Part shown: one piece after another, positions 1 through 13,600 of the stretch
How positions within the stretch are numbered: position 1 is the stretch's first letter
How the letters are laid out: each line of letters starts with the position of its first letter
Assembly: GCF_902652985.1 (NCBI RefSeq)
Contig: NC_047016.1
Location: 29,202,001-29,266,000, forward strand
Length of the DNA stretch: 64,000 bases
Reading direction: 5' to 3'
From: Pecten maximus
Lineage: Eukaryota
Notes under the pieces: model-generated
The model's database searches: none
What the model was told of the DNA's origin: nothing
Seen by the model: only the letters and a program-made list of their open reading frames with translations
Position numbers and translations under genes: made by a program

Positions 1-868
1 TATGCACCATGGTAGAAACTACGTATTCATAACTGGTCACTTACGTACATGTAGGTTGCTTCCAAATTATGCTTCCGTTATCGTTGTTGTGTTTCTTATG
101 CTAATTGGTTGTATGGTTTTTTTTATTAAACTGCAAAGTTCTTTAATATAGATATATATATCTTTTGTAGCAGATATTGATACATTGGAGATAAAAATAT
201 AATTAAAAGAAGCATGTTGCCAATTAAAAACATTGACGTCCACTTCATGCATCTTTGTAATTCTGTTTTCAAACCGTTTTTTCATGACAAAATACAACAT
301 CAACATAATTTAATTAACAACACGTGGGACCATTTGAAATTAAATGTTATCTTTTTAAATAAAACACTACAGAAATGTTTCATCTTCAAAGACTTCCTGA
401 AGAAATCTTTTGATTTTTATATTTATCAACAATCAGTTGTAAAGCAAAAGAAACGAATTCAAATTTATCAAATAAGTATCGAGTTACCTTTATTGTGGTG
501 TTAATGACATTTAATTAAATGTTTCCTTTTATGAAGACGGTAACATCTGTATTAGGCCATACACTAATGGTCATTTTTTCCAAAATATAATGAAACCTGT
601 CATTTTCCATGTGAAATATCTTTTTTAAATTTCGCAAAAAATTGAAGCGTTAATATAGTGTGAGAGGGGGTCATTAAGCAGGGAGACCAAGTAATTCTCT
701 ACCTATCTCATGTGTACTCGCCAACCTCTGTCAGATATCTAACATCTGAAGTGATTGATTACATTGGAAAAAATTGAACTTTTTTTTTTGAAAATAAAGC
801 GATGTATTCCTATAAACCATTTAAGTTTTAAACAAAGTTCAAGATTCAAATGCATGACAGGAATATTC

Positions 869-906
869 AATGACTGAGTCATTAGGTGGAGTTTTGGTCA
901 CGTGAC
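869..906. promoter_or_regulatory. Compact TF-site module: palindrome containing an AP-1 site plus a GTCACGTGAC (CLEAR/USF/MITF-type) E-box
   Basis: AATGACT-G-AGTCATT perfect 15-bp palindrome at 869-883 (contains TGAGTCA); GTCACGTGAC at 897-906. Motif match only. Confidence 0.35.
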
Positions 907-3659
907 TAACCACAAGCTGTGCCCGATCCTAATTTACATATTAAACGTTTGGGTACGTTTACAGATTGAAATGCAGGTTCATTAAATGGTAAAACTACTG
1001 CTTTCATCGTTTTTCTAAACAGCAAACTCAAATTTAATTAGTGCAATTTAATGAGCATTGTTTGGCTAGGTTGTTTCCTTCTTAATCAATTCATTGTTTA
1101 TCAATATATCTTATGCTTTCCGAAAGTAAGAAAAATATTTACACTGTTTACTTTGTCTTTTAACTTTCATTTCGATTGAAATAACAAATAAACGAATAAA
1201 ATGTTAACACTTTCACAGTTCTGAGTTGATGACTGTCATGTGACTCCCATCAGGAGTAGATAGATATCAATATTTAGCACGCAAAAATGAAGTGCATTGA
1301 TATATATAGGCTACCACATAACAAACAAAACATACACGAAAATAACAACAAACAAAGAAGGAATCCCCTTAAAATAACTGCACTTACAGTAACTGATAAC
1401 ACCTACTATTTTTTTTAAATAGTTGATTATAATTTCAAACTGGCTAAATGAAAGCAAAACAATGAATTCCTTATAGGCAGCATGTCGACACTTAACCAAA
1501 CTCTCTGATCAATACAGTCAATTTTCAACGTATCACCTACGATCAAATTTAGCCACATAGCTCATCTATCAAATCACGGACCGTCATGCATTTTTCATGA
1601 ATCTGCACCTTCCGCTAATGGAACGGAAATGGCCATACCGGAAGGTGGTAGAATCGCCTAGTAAACGGAACCGTAGGACGGAAAGCCCGAGTGGATTAAA
1701 GTAAAGCAGGCGAAGTCATAGCGTGTGCAAATATCATTTGCTGCAAACACACTTGAATAATACAATGTAAATGTACGTGTCTGTTTAAGATTATAAATTG
1801 TCCAAAAGACGCCCCTGTCGACTGGAGCAGTTGTCGGGGTGTTGGCAGTCTCCTTGTGCCATGAATGTATTTACGGTTTTGCCGAGATTGTCGCGTTTAC
1901 TTTGCAATCCGCTGTGATGCTTTTTCACGCCAGCAGATTTAAAGTAATGACAAAATATTTCGTCCTTTAATTTTGATCCTCTACTTTTCCCAGATGTGTG
2001 TACCCAGGGATTACTTAAACATTTCCATTTATACCAGTTGAAATACCTCTTGATTATGTGGTCGTTACATTGGAATCGACTGACTTTTTGAATAACATTT
2101 CAACAAATATCTTTGTAAGTTGTTGTTGTTTCTGAAACTAGGACATAATTGAAACATTTAACTATGAAATACATTGTTTAGAAATAAAGACACCATTTCA
2201 TATCCTTCTCAAAATAGGACTCTATAATATACATTAAAACTTAAAAAGCTGTTTAAAAATGACAATATTTTTGGAAAATCTTATATTGACCTGCACGGAT
2301 GAATAATATGTTCATTAATATGTTGGCTATTTAATATCCACGTGTTCTTGTAATGCTTTTATTATAATTTTGAAAGGATTTGTTCATTTAATCGGATATA
2401 TGTATTAATAACTAAACCATATCAAAATCTTTCACGGTTTTGGTGGTCCATCCATCCGTGTTACTAACTACAGACATTCATAAACGACAGGGTATTTTCA
2501 TTTTTATACAATATATGAGCCATATTTTTTAAAACATATTTAAATTAACCAACCACCGCACAAGAAAAAAATATGAGAAACAGATAAGATTTGAATTCGG
2601 TGGATATATCAGCGAGATTAATCCCCGAGTACATCGATCTGTATACACGATTCTTAACCTCATATCACGCTGATGAATAAATAAAGGATGGGGACCAGTA
2701 TAGGACGATTGTGTTCAGATAACCAATCTCGTCATCCTAGGCAGGGAGGCCACAAATGAAACTTTCATTGTGATAAATTAAAAGCGTGACAGTGAATATA
2801 TCATCCGGGTTCTCTAAAGGAATTCCCCACTGAAGGGAAAACGCCAAGTTCGTTACGTCATTGATACTATCTCGACACAATCCGTGCTGAATCTGGCACA
2901 GAGCAGTTGTTTCTGGTTTCTTGGAATTTAGGGAAATAGGTAGAGAAATCAGACGTTGTATTGGTTAATCAGCTCGTCAGTTTCTGTGAGGAGTATGACT
3001 GACGAAAACATCTGTTCAGTACAGGGACCATTTAACTCTATCGATTCGGTTCTAGAGGTAATCGTATTAGATATTTCTACGAATAGATATACGTACTATA
3101 CATCATAAAACTAAGGAGTATCAAACGCGGACAAAGCAGACAAAAGAAATACATACAAACTTATTCCTACAGATACATCTATCACAAGCTGACCCAACAT
3201 GTAAATACTCGTACAAACTCAGCATTTCCTTATCAAAACACAGCAATAAGGACTTAACCATATTTTATCCCGGATACATCTGTCGTCTTTACAGTAACCG
3301 AAGACCGGAGATTAAAAGGAAATTCCCAAATAGATTCTGTCTACCGCGAATGCTAACCATAGAAAATAATGGAAAATCAGTAATAGACTAAAAATATTCA
3401 TAACGATCGAAATTACACTTTATTCTTTCTTAATTCAGTACTCGCATTTCTTCATGGATAAAAAAAAGTGTTTATAATCTGCCACATAGAGCGGGTAGAA
3501 GCTTTATCAACTTAAACTTTAAAAAAGTTTCGACCTGCTGTCTAAAGATTTAAAACACTCAAAGGTATAATAACACGGCGTTTCTAATAACATATTTATT
3601 AATTGGTTCAGATATATGGGAAATATATGTGGGAAATTAAATCAATTACGTTGTTTAAA

Positions 3660-3684
3660 AACAACAACAACAACGACAACAACA
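3660..3684. repeat. (ACA)n microsatellite
   Basis: aacaacaacaacaacgacaacaaca; produces the poly-T run in ORF 3616..3897. Confidence 0.85.
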
Positions 3685-5479
3685 GATTATGTAACTCTTA
3701 CGTCCTGTAATATTTTTTCCGTCACTTCCAAGGTTTTGAAGAAAAACAAATATACAAAACTGACTGTCATTGATACAAGAAGTGGAATCCTGTTTAGCAA
3801 TAAATCGACTCAATCACAGAGACTTAAAACACATTTCCAATCTCCATTATATTTTGCAGATGATGTAGGATGCCAAGTATTTGTCGTACGTGTTTAAGGG
3901 GAGAGAACTCTTACATTTTTTTTTAAACAAAGCTCTGTGTTTTTTGTTTTGTTTTTTATCTCTCCATTGGGGGGTATATATTCTGTATAAAATACTTTAA
4001 AACTATCGGCATTTTTAGATATTACGTGTCACAATTCAAAAATTATAATCACAGGATGCAGCTTTTTTTCACCAAGACTGACAAAAAAAAAATAGTAACT
4101 AAGTTACAAACGTGCACCAGACTTATATAAGTTTTTGTCTGTAATTAGTCCATGATTTTATATTTACATAACTGATATTTCATTTACAACAACGCTTTGT
4201 GTAATTTAAATGCACATCTATTAAATTAAAAAAATAATTCATTTTTTCCTGAACAATGTGAAACAGTGTTAAAATTGCAGATTTTACCCAATTGAAGACT
4301 GGCGGCACAATCAATGTTTAATGATCAAATCGATTATACAGATTCTACATGTTAACGTGGTATGAAAATTCAAAACGTTTTCTACAGCTTATATTAATTA
4401 TTCATACTATTGTGTAAATATAATTATTATTTCAATGAAAAGCCGAGTAAAAAAAAATAGCCATACTAAACAATAACAAAATTCCCGTCTAACTGATTTT
4501 ACCATTATAACATAAGTTACATATGGTTAGCATGTGCACATAAATTCATCTATCATACTCTTTCATATGTACATAAACTATCTCCAGCTGACAGAGAAAT
4601 ATGCAGTCAAGGGGAGGTAACCGTTATAGACTACGGAGCTGCAGCAGCTGGGACCGGTTCACGAGTGATCGATCTTTCTGTACAGTGCCTACACATGTGT
4701 ACGAAGTGACCCGGTCTGTTCCCGTTACATAACATGTGGTTCTGAGCGTGTTATCACAAGACGTACCGCACGTGCTGGTGTCAAACTCAAACTCGATAAT
4801 AAAATTCACACAAGCAATGATTTTATTTACGTTGTTATCATCACAAACAACCGGCATTAACAAATGAGCGCATCGTAAAATTAATGGTTCCGGTCAAGTT
4901 AGGAGTTTCAGTTTTAAAATATCACATCACGCTTATGCAATGGTATGCAGTTGTCTAGTATGTATGGATTTAGGTCCATCAAAATTTGTTCGAATTTAAA
5001 ATCCTCGGTAAATAAGGGAATGGATCACCTTGCTATGGACATGGGAATGACAAATGAAACGAGTTGCTTTGTTTAAGTTTTTTTTATACCCAGGGAAATT
5101 AAGTGTACTGGTTTTAACAGCAAACGTCATTCGGTGTCTATTTTAACATATGAGCAACCTGTCTCTTCGCACAGAAGATTTCGTCATACGTGACAGAAAT
5201 ATGCTTAACACAATAAAAAGCAGTGATATTACTGTCACGTTATTTGTTAAAATTGTATCAATTACCGAAACTCTACTTGAAGTTAAGGCAGAAGGCTTAT
5301 ATGGACTTTACCTAACGTCTGATAAACTTTTAGAGCAAAATTAGACTTTGATTTGTAAAAATAAAAAGGATTGACCAAATGCATTTTCGGTGATTCTTGG
5401 TTGTTTATCTAAGAACCATGTTATTGTATGATCTTGTGTTTACCAAAAGGAAAGTTTTTATAGAGCGTATAACTAGAAT

Positions 5480-5690
5480 AGCGACTCCGAAACCGGAGCT
5501 AGCTACAAACTCGCACCGTGTCATACACTGCTCTGGTCGCGGTCGATACGCTGAAATCAACGCGTTATCTTTAAGCGGGGATTGGATCGCCGAAGACCGA
5601 TTGACGTTGTGTCCCCGCCTACCTAATCAATCACACCATGCTATTCGTGGTCGGGTATAACGTAGGCAGGGCCAATTACTCGGCCTCTTT
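5480..5690 (-). promoter_or_regulatory. Candidate CpG-rich promoter / first-exon region
   Basis: Locally GC- and CpG-rich island in an AT-rich background. Contains a GC-box-like CCCCGCC (~5613) and CCAAT motifs (ATTGG ~5581, CCAAT ~5672), with a possible minus-strand donor TTG|GTAAAC near 5442. Strand is inferred. Confidence 0.3.
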
Positions 5691-6282
5691 TTACTGTCGT
5701 TGTAAGGGATATCTCTAATAATCCGAAAAACTCTCAGTTGTTAGCGACGTAATCACCAGGACTTCGTTCTCTTATTGCAGAATTAGAAGTTTAATTTGCT
5801 TTTGTAATTGATGGAAATGAAATATATTTCTATTGAAGGAAACATCTTAGAGAATAAGTGTAAGCTATCATGTCGTAAACTTACAAAAATGTTATGGAAA
5901 TAAACAACTACGATGTGCCAGTTTTTAAAACTAATCGTAATCTTTATATTCGTTACAATTTTATGAGGAGACGTTTAACTATCTTTTAATCAATATTCAA
6001 TAAATATATATGATGTAGCAATTTGCACTCATTTTCTTACTGCGTGTATTTGCTCAAAGACAATAATTACAATTCAAACTGTATTAACAGCAATGATATA
6101 ATAATTTAAAAAATTCAAGAGAAAATATATCATAGAACATCAGAACATATTAACATGTGTACATTATACCAAATGTATAACATATTATTATTTAGAAGAA
6201 AATTTATAGGATTATATCCCTTAATATTTTCCATCTAGATTGATATTCTATACAATTAGAGCATATGATAATAAGATAGGCA

Positions 6283-6372
6283 ATTCAAAATCAAATCATA
6301 TTAATTTTAAATCGAATGATATCAAGTTAAAATAAAATCATATCAAATAAAAATTTAATCATATCCAATCAA
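6283..6372. repeat. Degenerate (AAATC)n-like pentanucleotide repeat
   Basis: Recurrent aaatc/atatc/aaata units. Confidence 0.5.
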
Positions 6373-7439
6373 AGCATAATGTTGCTCATTACAAACGGTT
6401 CAATAGAGTTTGGATTATTTTATTTCATTTGTGGCACGGAACATCATCTAAATCATCAGCGTAACTTCAAATACCAATAGGAAAACGCATAAAATGCATA
6501 CGTTTAATATTTATTACTGTAATCATTAATGTATGGATATTGTTAGGATATCATCTGTTAAATTCCACAATACTCTCCCTCTGGTATTTGTCAAGTAGGA
6601 TTATAAATTGCATTTTATTAGGACACCACACCTTTGGAGTGCTCTTTACGGAGCAAGTTTACAGGACAATACTGAATGTGACGTCATCACAGTAATCCTG
6701 CCTTGGATGTGCATCTAATAACAGGTTTCAAATCGTAATGCGTTACTCTATATGGCATGGTCACATTTTAAAGATAAGAATCGTGATGGTCGATTTTATT
6801 ATTTATATATTTGACAAAAAATATTTCTCTGCACTTATGCGGAGAGATATGAAAATTATTTATTAATAGGATAATAATGAAATAATACTGAAATAAAAAT
6901 AAAACAATCATTATTCGCTTCCTTTATAAACAATAAAAGCTTGTGACTCACAACGACGATTAAATATGAGGGGATTTACCCCTAACACATCGTTAGCATA
7001 GCATGATGAGTTGAAAATAAGGTTTGACATTGTAGAGAAAATGGATGTTTATTTCGTATTAATATTGTACGTCTCTGGTTAAGAGTTATTAGTAAATATG
7101 CATATTGCATTACATTCTTCAACACCTGTGTGACGGCACAGGTATAAAACACATTGTCTGAAAGGTATGCCTCAGCTGGTGTGAAGCTTTCGAATCTTCC
7201 ATCATATCCCCATATTTCATTTTGATAGTAACTACTGCACGTAACGTTCAATTAAAATCAAATGATAACAACCAGAACAGTGAAAACCCTGCGCTGACCA
7301 GGTATTCAGGGTTTGTTTGTTTTATTAGAGACTTAAAACCTCGGAATTTCATGTTTACCCAGACTCCTGACACGACTATAAGATCGATCTTTTGAGAGTG
7401 TGGATCACAGATTCGTGAGTGATTTATGTGGTCCATCAG

Positions 7440-7624
7440 CCCCTGGCGACTCCCCCTCCCGTCCGCTCCTGCAGAGAGCTTCAAGTGGACCAGTTTGTAA
7501 GAGCTTGTCCATGCGTCACGCCCCATTTAACACAGTCTCAATGCAACCCACAGATCATGGTCGGTACCGGGAACTTCAAACAACATAAAAGGAAGAAGCC
7601 GCCGAATTGGACTCCAAAGTAAGT
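7440..7624 (+). promoter_or_regulatory. Candidate promoter plus short first coding exon (ATG 7557 to 7618, MVGTGNFKQHKRKKPPNWTP-, phase 2)
   Basis: C-rich/GC-rich stretch, TGCGTCACGCCCC (CRE-like + Sp/KLF), ATG in gatcATGG context, open frame to a consensus GTAAGT donor at 7619. No homology recognised. Confidence 0.3.
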
Positions 7625-8255
7625 TAGGAAATAGTAAAAATATAAAGGATCCGAGTGTCAGCATCCGTGTTAATTAGTAAAACAGACTCTCAAACCGACA
7701 TAATGTTTATACTAGATATGGAGAAAATTCGTATACCACTGCTAATAACAAGTTTGCAATACACAATATCTCTACTACTCTAGATCTCAACGTTATAGGT
7801 CTCTTATAATATGTGTCGGTATTTGCTCTCTTTGATGATTTAAATTTTCTTACATTATAATTAAATGTTCCATTTCTGGACAGTAACACCCTTGCTTCCC
7901 CGACATACGGTACTCGCTCTCAAGAACTAGCAATAAGCTAGACGTAAATTTACGTTGATTTGACCTAGATTTTATTTTCCTGGTACCTGTTATTCAATTA
8001 TCGAAGAATAGATTTGGATTTTGTGAATGTTTTATCGTCGTTTCATTCAGGATTCTCCTGCTGGTTTTTGAGTGATTGGACTGCAGATGTAACCGATCAT
8101 ACCAGTCTTTAGAACGTAGAATGTTATGATTAAGGTTATATTTCATGATATTATGTCTGCAGAAGACTTCTAAGAAGCAGGGAAATCTATCACCTGTATT
8201 CATCAATTCCTCACTCCTAGTGATAGATTTCATGTCTAACTTTACGAAGCCAAAA

Positions 8256-8306
8256 ATACCCCATAACGATATACCCCATAAACGATATACCCCATACCGA
8301 AATACC
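8256..8306. repeat. Short tandem repeat, 15-16-bp unit ATACCCCATA(A)ACGAT, ~3 copies
   Basis: ataccccataacgat / ataccccataaacgat / ataccccataccgaa read directly. Confidence 0.85.
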
Positions 8307-10479
8307 GTTTTAGGCTGAATGACGCACTTGGTTCCAAGCTTATTGTAACAGACATGTAACGGTTAATGCCCAAATTCTGTTTGAGATAAATAATAATAAT
8401 AATAATCCAGGTCACCTGTTGAGATGTTGTGATGTATTTAACTTAATAGATTGGCAAGGACGCACGAAGATAATAAAATGTGTCCCGTTCTGAACGGTAG
8501 ACGTACCAAATGACGTTTCATTAACGTATATTTTATTGGTTTTAATTTCAGCAAAATTACCTTAGTTATTTAACACTATTGACGCCCTTTCTCTAAAATA
8601 CAAAAGGGTTCACAAGTTATATGAAAGGGTGACTCAAATTAACTTATATACTATTATAATTGTAGGTAAATTAATATATATTTTATAACTGCTATGCTTC
8701 ATAATAGAGCATCTATTTCGAAATATAATTATGTTCCTGTACAGGCATACTTTCGTTTCCAGAGAGGAGTGAAAGCTATAAATAAAGCTGATAGTAGGGG
8801 GAAACCCAATTAACTCCAAAGGTTTCGACATGAGTACTCCGAATTATCTACAATATCAACACGGTAAAGGTAATTCATGTACATTTCAAACTCGCTGACT
8901 TCGGCAAAACTATTATCTGTTTGGGGTTAATAAATATTAAGATAACCTAATGTTAAAATATTGTACATATTAGAAAGTAGTTAATCCTTTCCAACTCCCA
9001 ATAAAGTATTTATAGACGAGTTACATAATGTAGGCGATATAACAATAAAGATACGAACAGCTTCCTGTTGCACTGCACTCCCAAAATATACTAGCATATT
9101 CCAACACCGTGACAAAATATTTTCTTATGTTTCCGCAATATGCGCCGCTTCTAGATCAAACATTTAGAACCCATTGCTGGTACTCCTAAGTGACATTTTT
9201 GCCAAGTGGTCCAAGGGAGCATTTTTTTTTTAAGTGAGGCCTTGTTTCAATATTACCCAATTCGATGTTCTGCTATATGTTATTTGCTAAAGACATTATT
9301 TGAGAAAATTGTTATTTTATATAATTTCGAGATGATAAGGTTGTACACGACATAATATGTTCTAAATTCGTATATTCGCACTTGTATACCGTTGTCATGT
9401 TTCTGTAAATTCTTAAAAGGATAAAGGCAATATCTATTGCATCTGAACGGGATTCGATATCAATAATCGCCGTCCGATTTGCGTTATAAACAAGAAAATA
9501 TCTATATGCATGTTTCAAGTGTTCGGAAGCAATGCAACGCTTTTTTGAAATCAACCATATATTCCTATTATAAACCTGTCTGACTATCTGGTGGGTTGAT
9601 ATATAACAAAGTTTATGAACTGGACACTAGGCCTAGTTGTATTTTTCATTATTATATGGAAGGTTCATTTGAACTGTCATCCGGGAATGGTATAGATAAT
9701 TACCTCGAGGGAGGGTCTGATGGTACAGACTGACCCCTCGCTGCCAGTAAATTGAAGCTGACCCCTCGCGACCGTCGAACTGACCACTGGTCAGGGAGTA
9801 GACATAAATCATGCAGCCAAATAAAACCTTATTAGAAAGTCGTTTAATCACACGATAAAGACATTCCATTACTCAAGTGGACTTCTTCAGAAAACACACT
9901 TGCTTGACCAGGTGACAGTGGTCAACAACGACCACTCCATCCTAATAATACCTACTCAGCACCTTCCCCACATCAAAGGCTACCTTGATGGATGTAGCAA
10001 TCACCCCGATAATGCTTACGTTTACGGGTGAAAACGTGAAATTTCTACAGAAGTGTATAAATGAATGGTATTTCTTAGATACTCTAACACCACCCATATA
10101 TTACCATGTTGTGTCTACATATTATATGGATACGTAGATATATATGTTAGAGTAACATATACATATGTGCAACAACAACCAGAAAGATATGTATTTAAAT
10201 TTCGGTATAGAAATTGCAAACAGCATTCATCCTAGGGCATCTTAACGCCAACTGAATGATTGTCTATTGCAATGGTTGTACATTGTGCAAAACAGAGGAA
10301 AATGTTGTTTAAAATGAATTACACATGTGTTTATTATGTTGAGGCAATGACTGTATAGCCGGTGCTAGTTTGAGGGATGTTATGATTATGCCAATAACGC
10401 AACACCTTCAAAGTCATGAAAAGAATTCCCATACTTTCGCTCACAGTCACACATATTTTGTGATGTTTTCACAAAATAA

Positions 10480-10644
10480 GGTCTCAGTTGCATCAAAATA
10501 CCTTTATTTGAGTTTCTCCATATGAAAGAATTCCAGAATTTAAGTAAAACTCCTTAACTAAGATTCCAATAATGCTTTCATGTGGCAAATTGTAAGTTAA
10601 GGGATTTCACAAAGTTTTTCCAAGGATTTCCGTGAAACTGAGGT
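10480..10644. mobile_element. Palindromic MITE, PIF/Harbinger (Tourist)-like
   Basis: Terminal inverted repeats GTCTCAGTTGCA ... TGAAACTGAGGT. Inner inverted arms CCATATGAAAGAATT (10518) and AATGCTTTCATGTGG (10571) match 13/15. TAA on both flanks (10477-79, 10645-47) fits a Harbinger TWA target-site duplication. Confidence 0.55.
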
Positions 10645-13600
10645 TAAGTTTTGCTAATATACCAGGCTTAGTAATGTATTTACCAAGAAATATCCCAACA
10701 TTCCTGATCGTGTAAAAACTGCTACATTTATCTACTGAAAGTTAAGAAGGAACTCTTTTGTCAGTAACCTCCTTTTCGCCGGCCCTATTAGACTATATGC
10801 CGTCAAGTACCAGTGGTAAGACAGCCTGACCGCTTCGAATTACGTTCTTTAAGAGGAGCAAGGAATGTAAGCATATCAGGCTTTTGGAGGCCGGATATAA
10901 ATCATGACCCAAACACAGACAAACATATTTATCCTATTGCCCTGACTACCAACGTAAGGAACAAGGGAATTTGTCCAAAGAACTTCTACAAATCCAACCA
11001 TCGTTTGTACTCCAGGGGTTATGCTCATTTTCGCTCTCTGCACCATGGACACTGCCAAAGGAAAGTCTAAACCCTAGATAGCCAAAAAGACTAGTTTTGT
11101 ATTTGATGCAGATCAAACGAACCTCGACGTCGTCACACCGTTAAATTAACTGACTCTGAACATGGTTGTCACCCCATCTGTGATCTTCAAAATCAGTATT
11201 TTTTTCTTGACATCAAAAAGTTTCACCGATGGAGATTTCGGCCAGTATATACTACCCGAATTACTTTAATCGAAGAACACGGGTAATGCAGGACATATAA
11301 TTTTTATGAGTATGCATTTAAAGTAAAAAAAAAACTGTAGGAGAGAAGTTCAATGACAATGCAACATTACAAGGAGACATGGTGCACTGAAACAGTTTGC
11401 TCATATTCCCAGTTTGGTCAGTTACACCGTCGACTTCTCCATCAGTCCAGTAGGTAAATTACCAATAAGAGTGAGTATTGTTTGGCTTCCGCTACCTCAA
11501 CTCTTTATCAAGTATTTGGGATAACATGGAAATCCGGGTTAACGCACATCTCTGCAAAAATTGGAAGAGTCTGGATTAAAGGATTGGATTTGGTGCGTTT
11601 GTCTGGTCTGCAACCTGTGTGAACGATGTCCCAGTAAACTACGTACAACGTTAGTTGTGGCAGTTAAAAGCGAAACACAGCGTTCCTATGCATGGTATGC
11701 TTTTGGAGGGATTTCTGTTAGGGGCGTGTATGTACATTCTTGACTTTCCATATTAAACATGACCCTTGGCATTTAACCTACAGGATAGTTCCGTCCACAG
11801 ACAGTTATGATCAGAGAAAAAATGATATAAATTTAATAACGTATAAGTTAAATTTCCGTTTTCCATTAAACTGCCATCCTATGACAATTTGTTCACTTCG
11901 TATTAAAAGGTCTACAAATCATTTTTAAACCGATGCCATTCCATAAAGACAAATTAATAGGAACATGCTACCAAGACAGGTTATCTACATTTGCCACCAG
12001 AAGTTTATGGTATATATATATATCAATCATATAATTCAGATTCATAAACGTTCTAAGTGAAATGTCTCGTTCGTTAGCGGTTTTTGGTTCTCTAGTACCC
12101 AACTTTATGTTCTGATTGAATGTCTCATATTTTAAATGTCATTGTTTTATAAACGTTCCAAATATTGTACCATTGTACCTTACACACAATCGGCACACTA
12201 ATCCCCTATTACTGAAGTACTGGTTACAGGGTTTCTAGGACCGGATATATCTATGTGTCCTAAACAACTTTCGTCGCACTTTTGACATTTTTAATAAAAA
12301 AATTATTTCCTGTGTCGGTATATAGGACATTGTTCTTAAAAATGCAGTTCTTTTTCTCTTTTTGAAATCTGGTGCCACGCATGATAGTTGCAGTTAAGTA
12401 TTACTGGCTTGAAACCATTTTTTATTAAAGTTGGCAGCTCTTAGTCCTGATTTAGGTTTGGTATTTTTATAAATGAAATTCTTGTTTGTGTTTTATATTC
12501 CTAGAATAATAGAGATAACTTATTACACGGTGCCTGTATCATTGTCTTTCTAACGTGACACGTGACTTTAAAACATCTATTCAATGTTCAAACTCTGTGC
12601 TGAAACATACACGACTCTTCGTCTACAATGCTCGTACTCAATCCAGACAATAGGACTATGGCCTACATTAGAATAACTATGTGCATATTAATACTGTAAA
12701 GTTGTCGTAAGACAGACAGTGGGTATTACTGTGCCGAATTAAGATCTAAGGTAATGACTTACTGAAAAAAGTACCGAAATACGTCTACAGCGGACGATGT
12801 AAAGTTATAGTTATACAAAGTATCAGAGAGATAGTCAGCAATGTTTTGATAGCTGTATAGTATTAAATGACAAATGTACATTTTTTCCCATTTTTTTCTC
12901 TCGTTTTTTTTTTTGCATTTGTGAAATCGCGGTAGAAATACACAAACAGAAACACCATTTACTGATGACGAGTTCATCAACAAAGCCTTTTTGATGATTA
13001 CTTCATCGCAATAAATACCTATTTCAGCTGACCACTAACGGCTGTAGTGCTTTATTTATTGGCGTTCTAGATCTCTATTGTGGCGCCACAATACGATCGT
13101 AAGACATGTATATTCTACTCAGTTCTGACTTGACAGGCGAGGTACCATACATTCCATGTATTCTTATTATATTGTAATTGTAGTATGGCACTGTACACTG
13201 GAGCTTAACAATCCACAATTACGTCGCCGAAATGGACACTCGACCAGTGATATATAACATATAACTGCCTATCCGACAGCATTTGTGGGTGTTTCCGTAC
13301 TTTTTGTCCCGACTCCGATTCTCACTTTAGTCCTTCCTCGATACATGATCTTAATTACGCTTTATCTGTGATCAGTATCTTTTCTCCGCTTGACAAGTCT
13401 GATTATTGTTTATAGGTCGTCAATTCGCACCTTTGAGTGTGACATCTGTATAATATGGAGCCGAACAAAGGACAGGTGTGATTAATAAATGCTGCTGTAG
13501 TTTGTAAATATTGGGTCTGCCCTAGGCCAGACACTTCCACTGTTTATTGTGACACGGCCGTCTATTGACACCAGTTAATACATCAGTGGTGTGTTAACCC

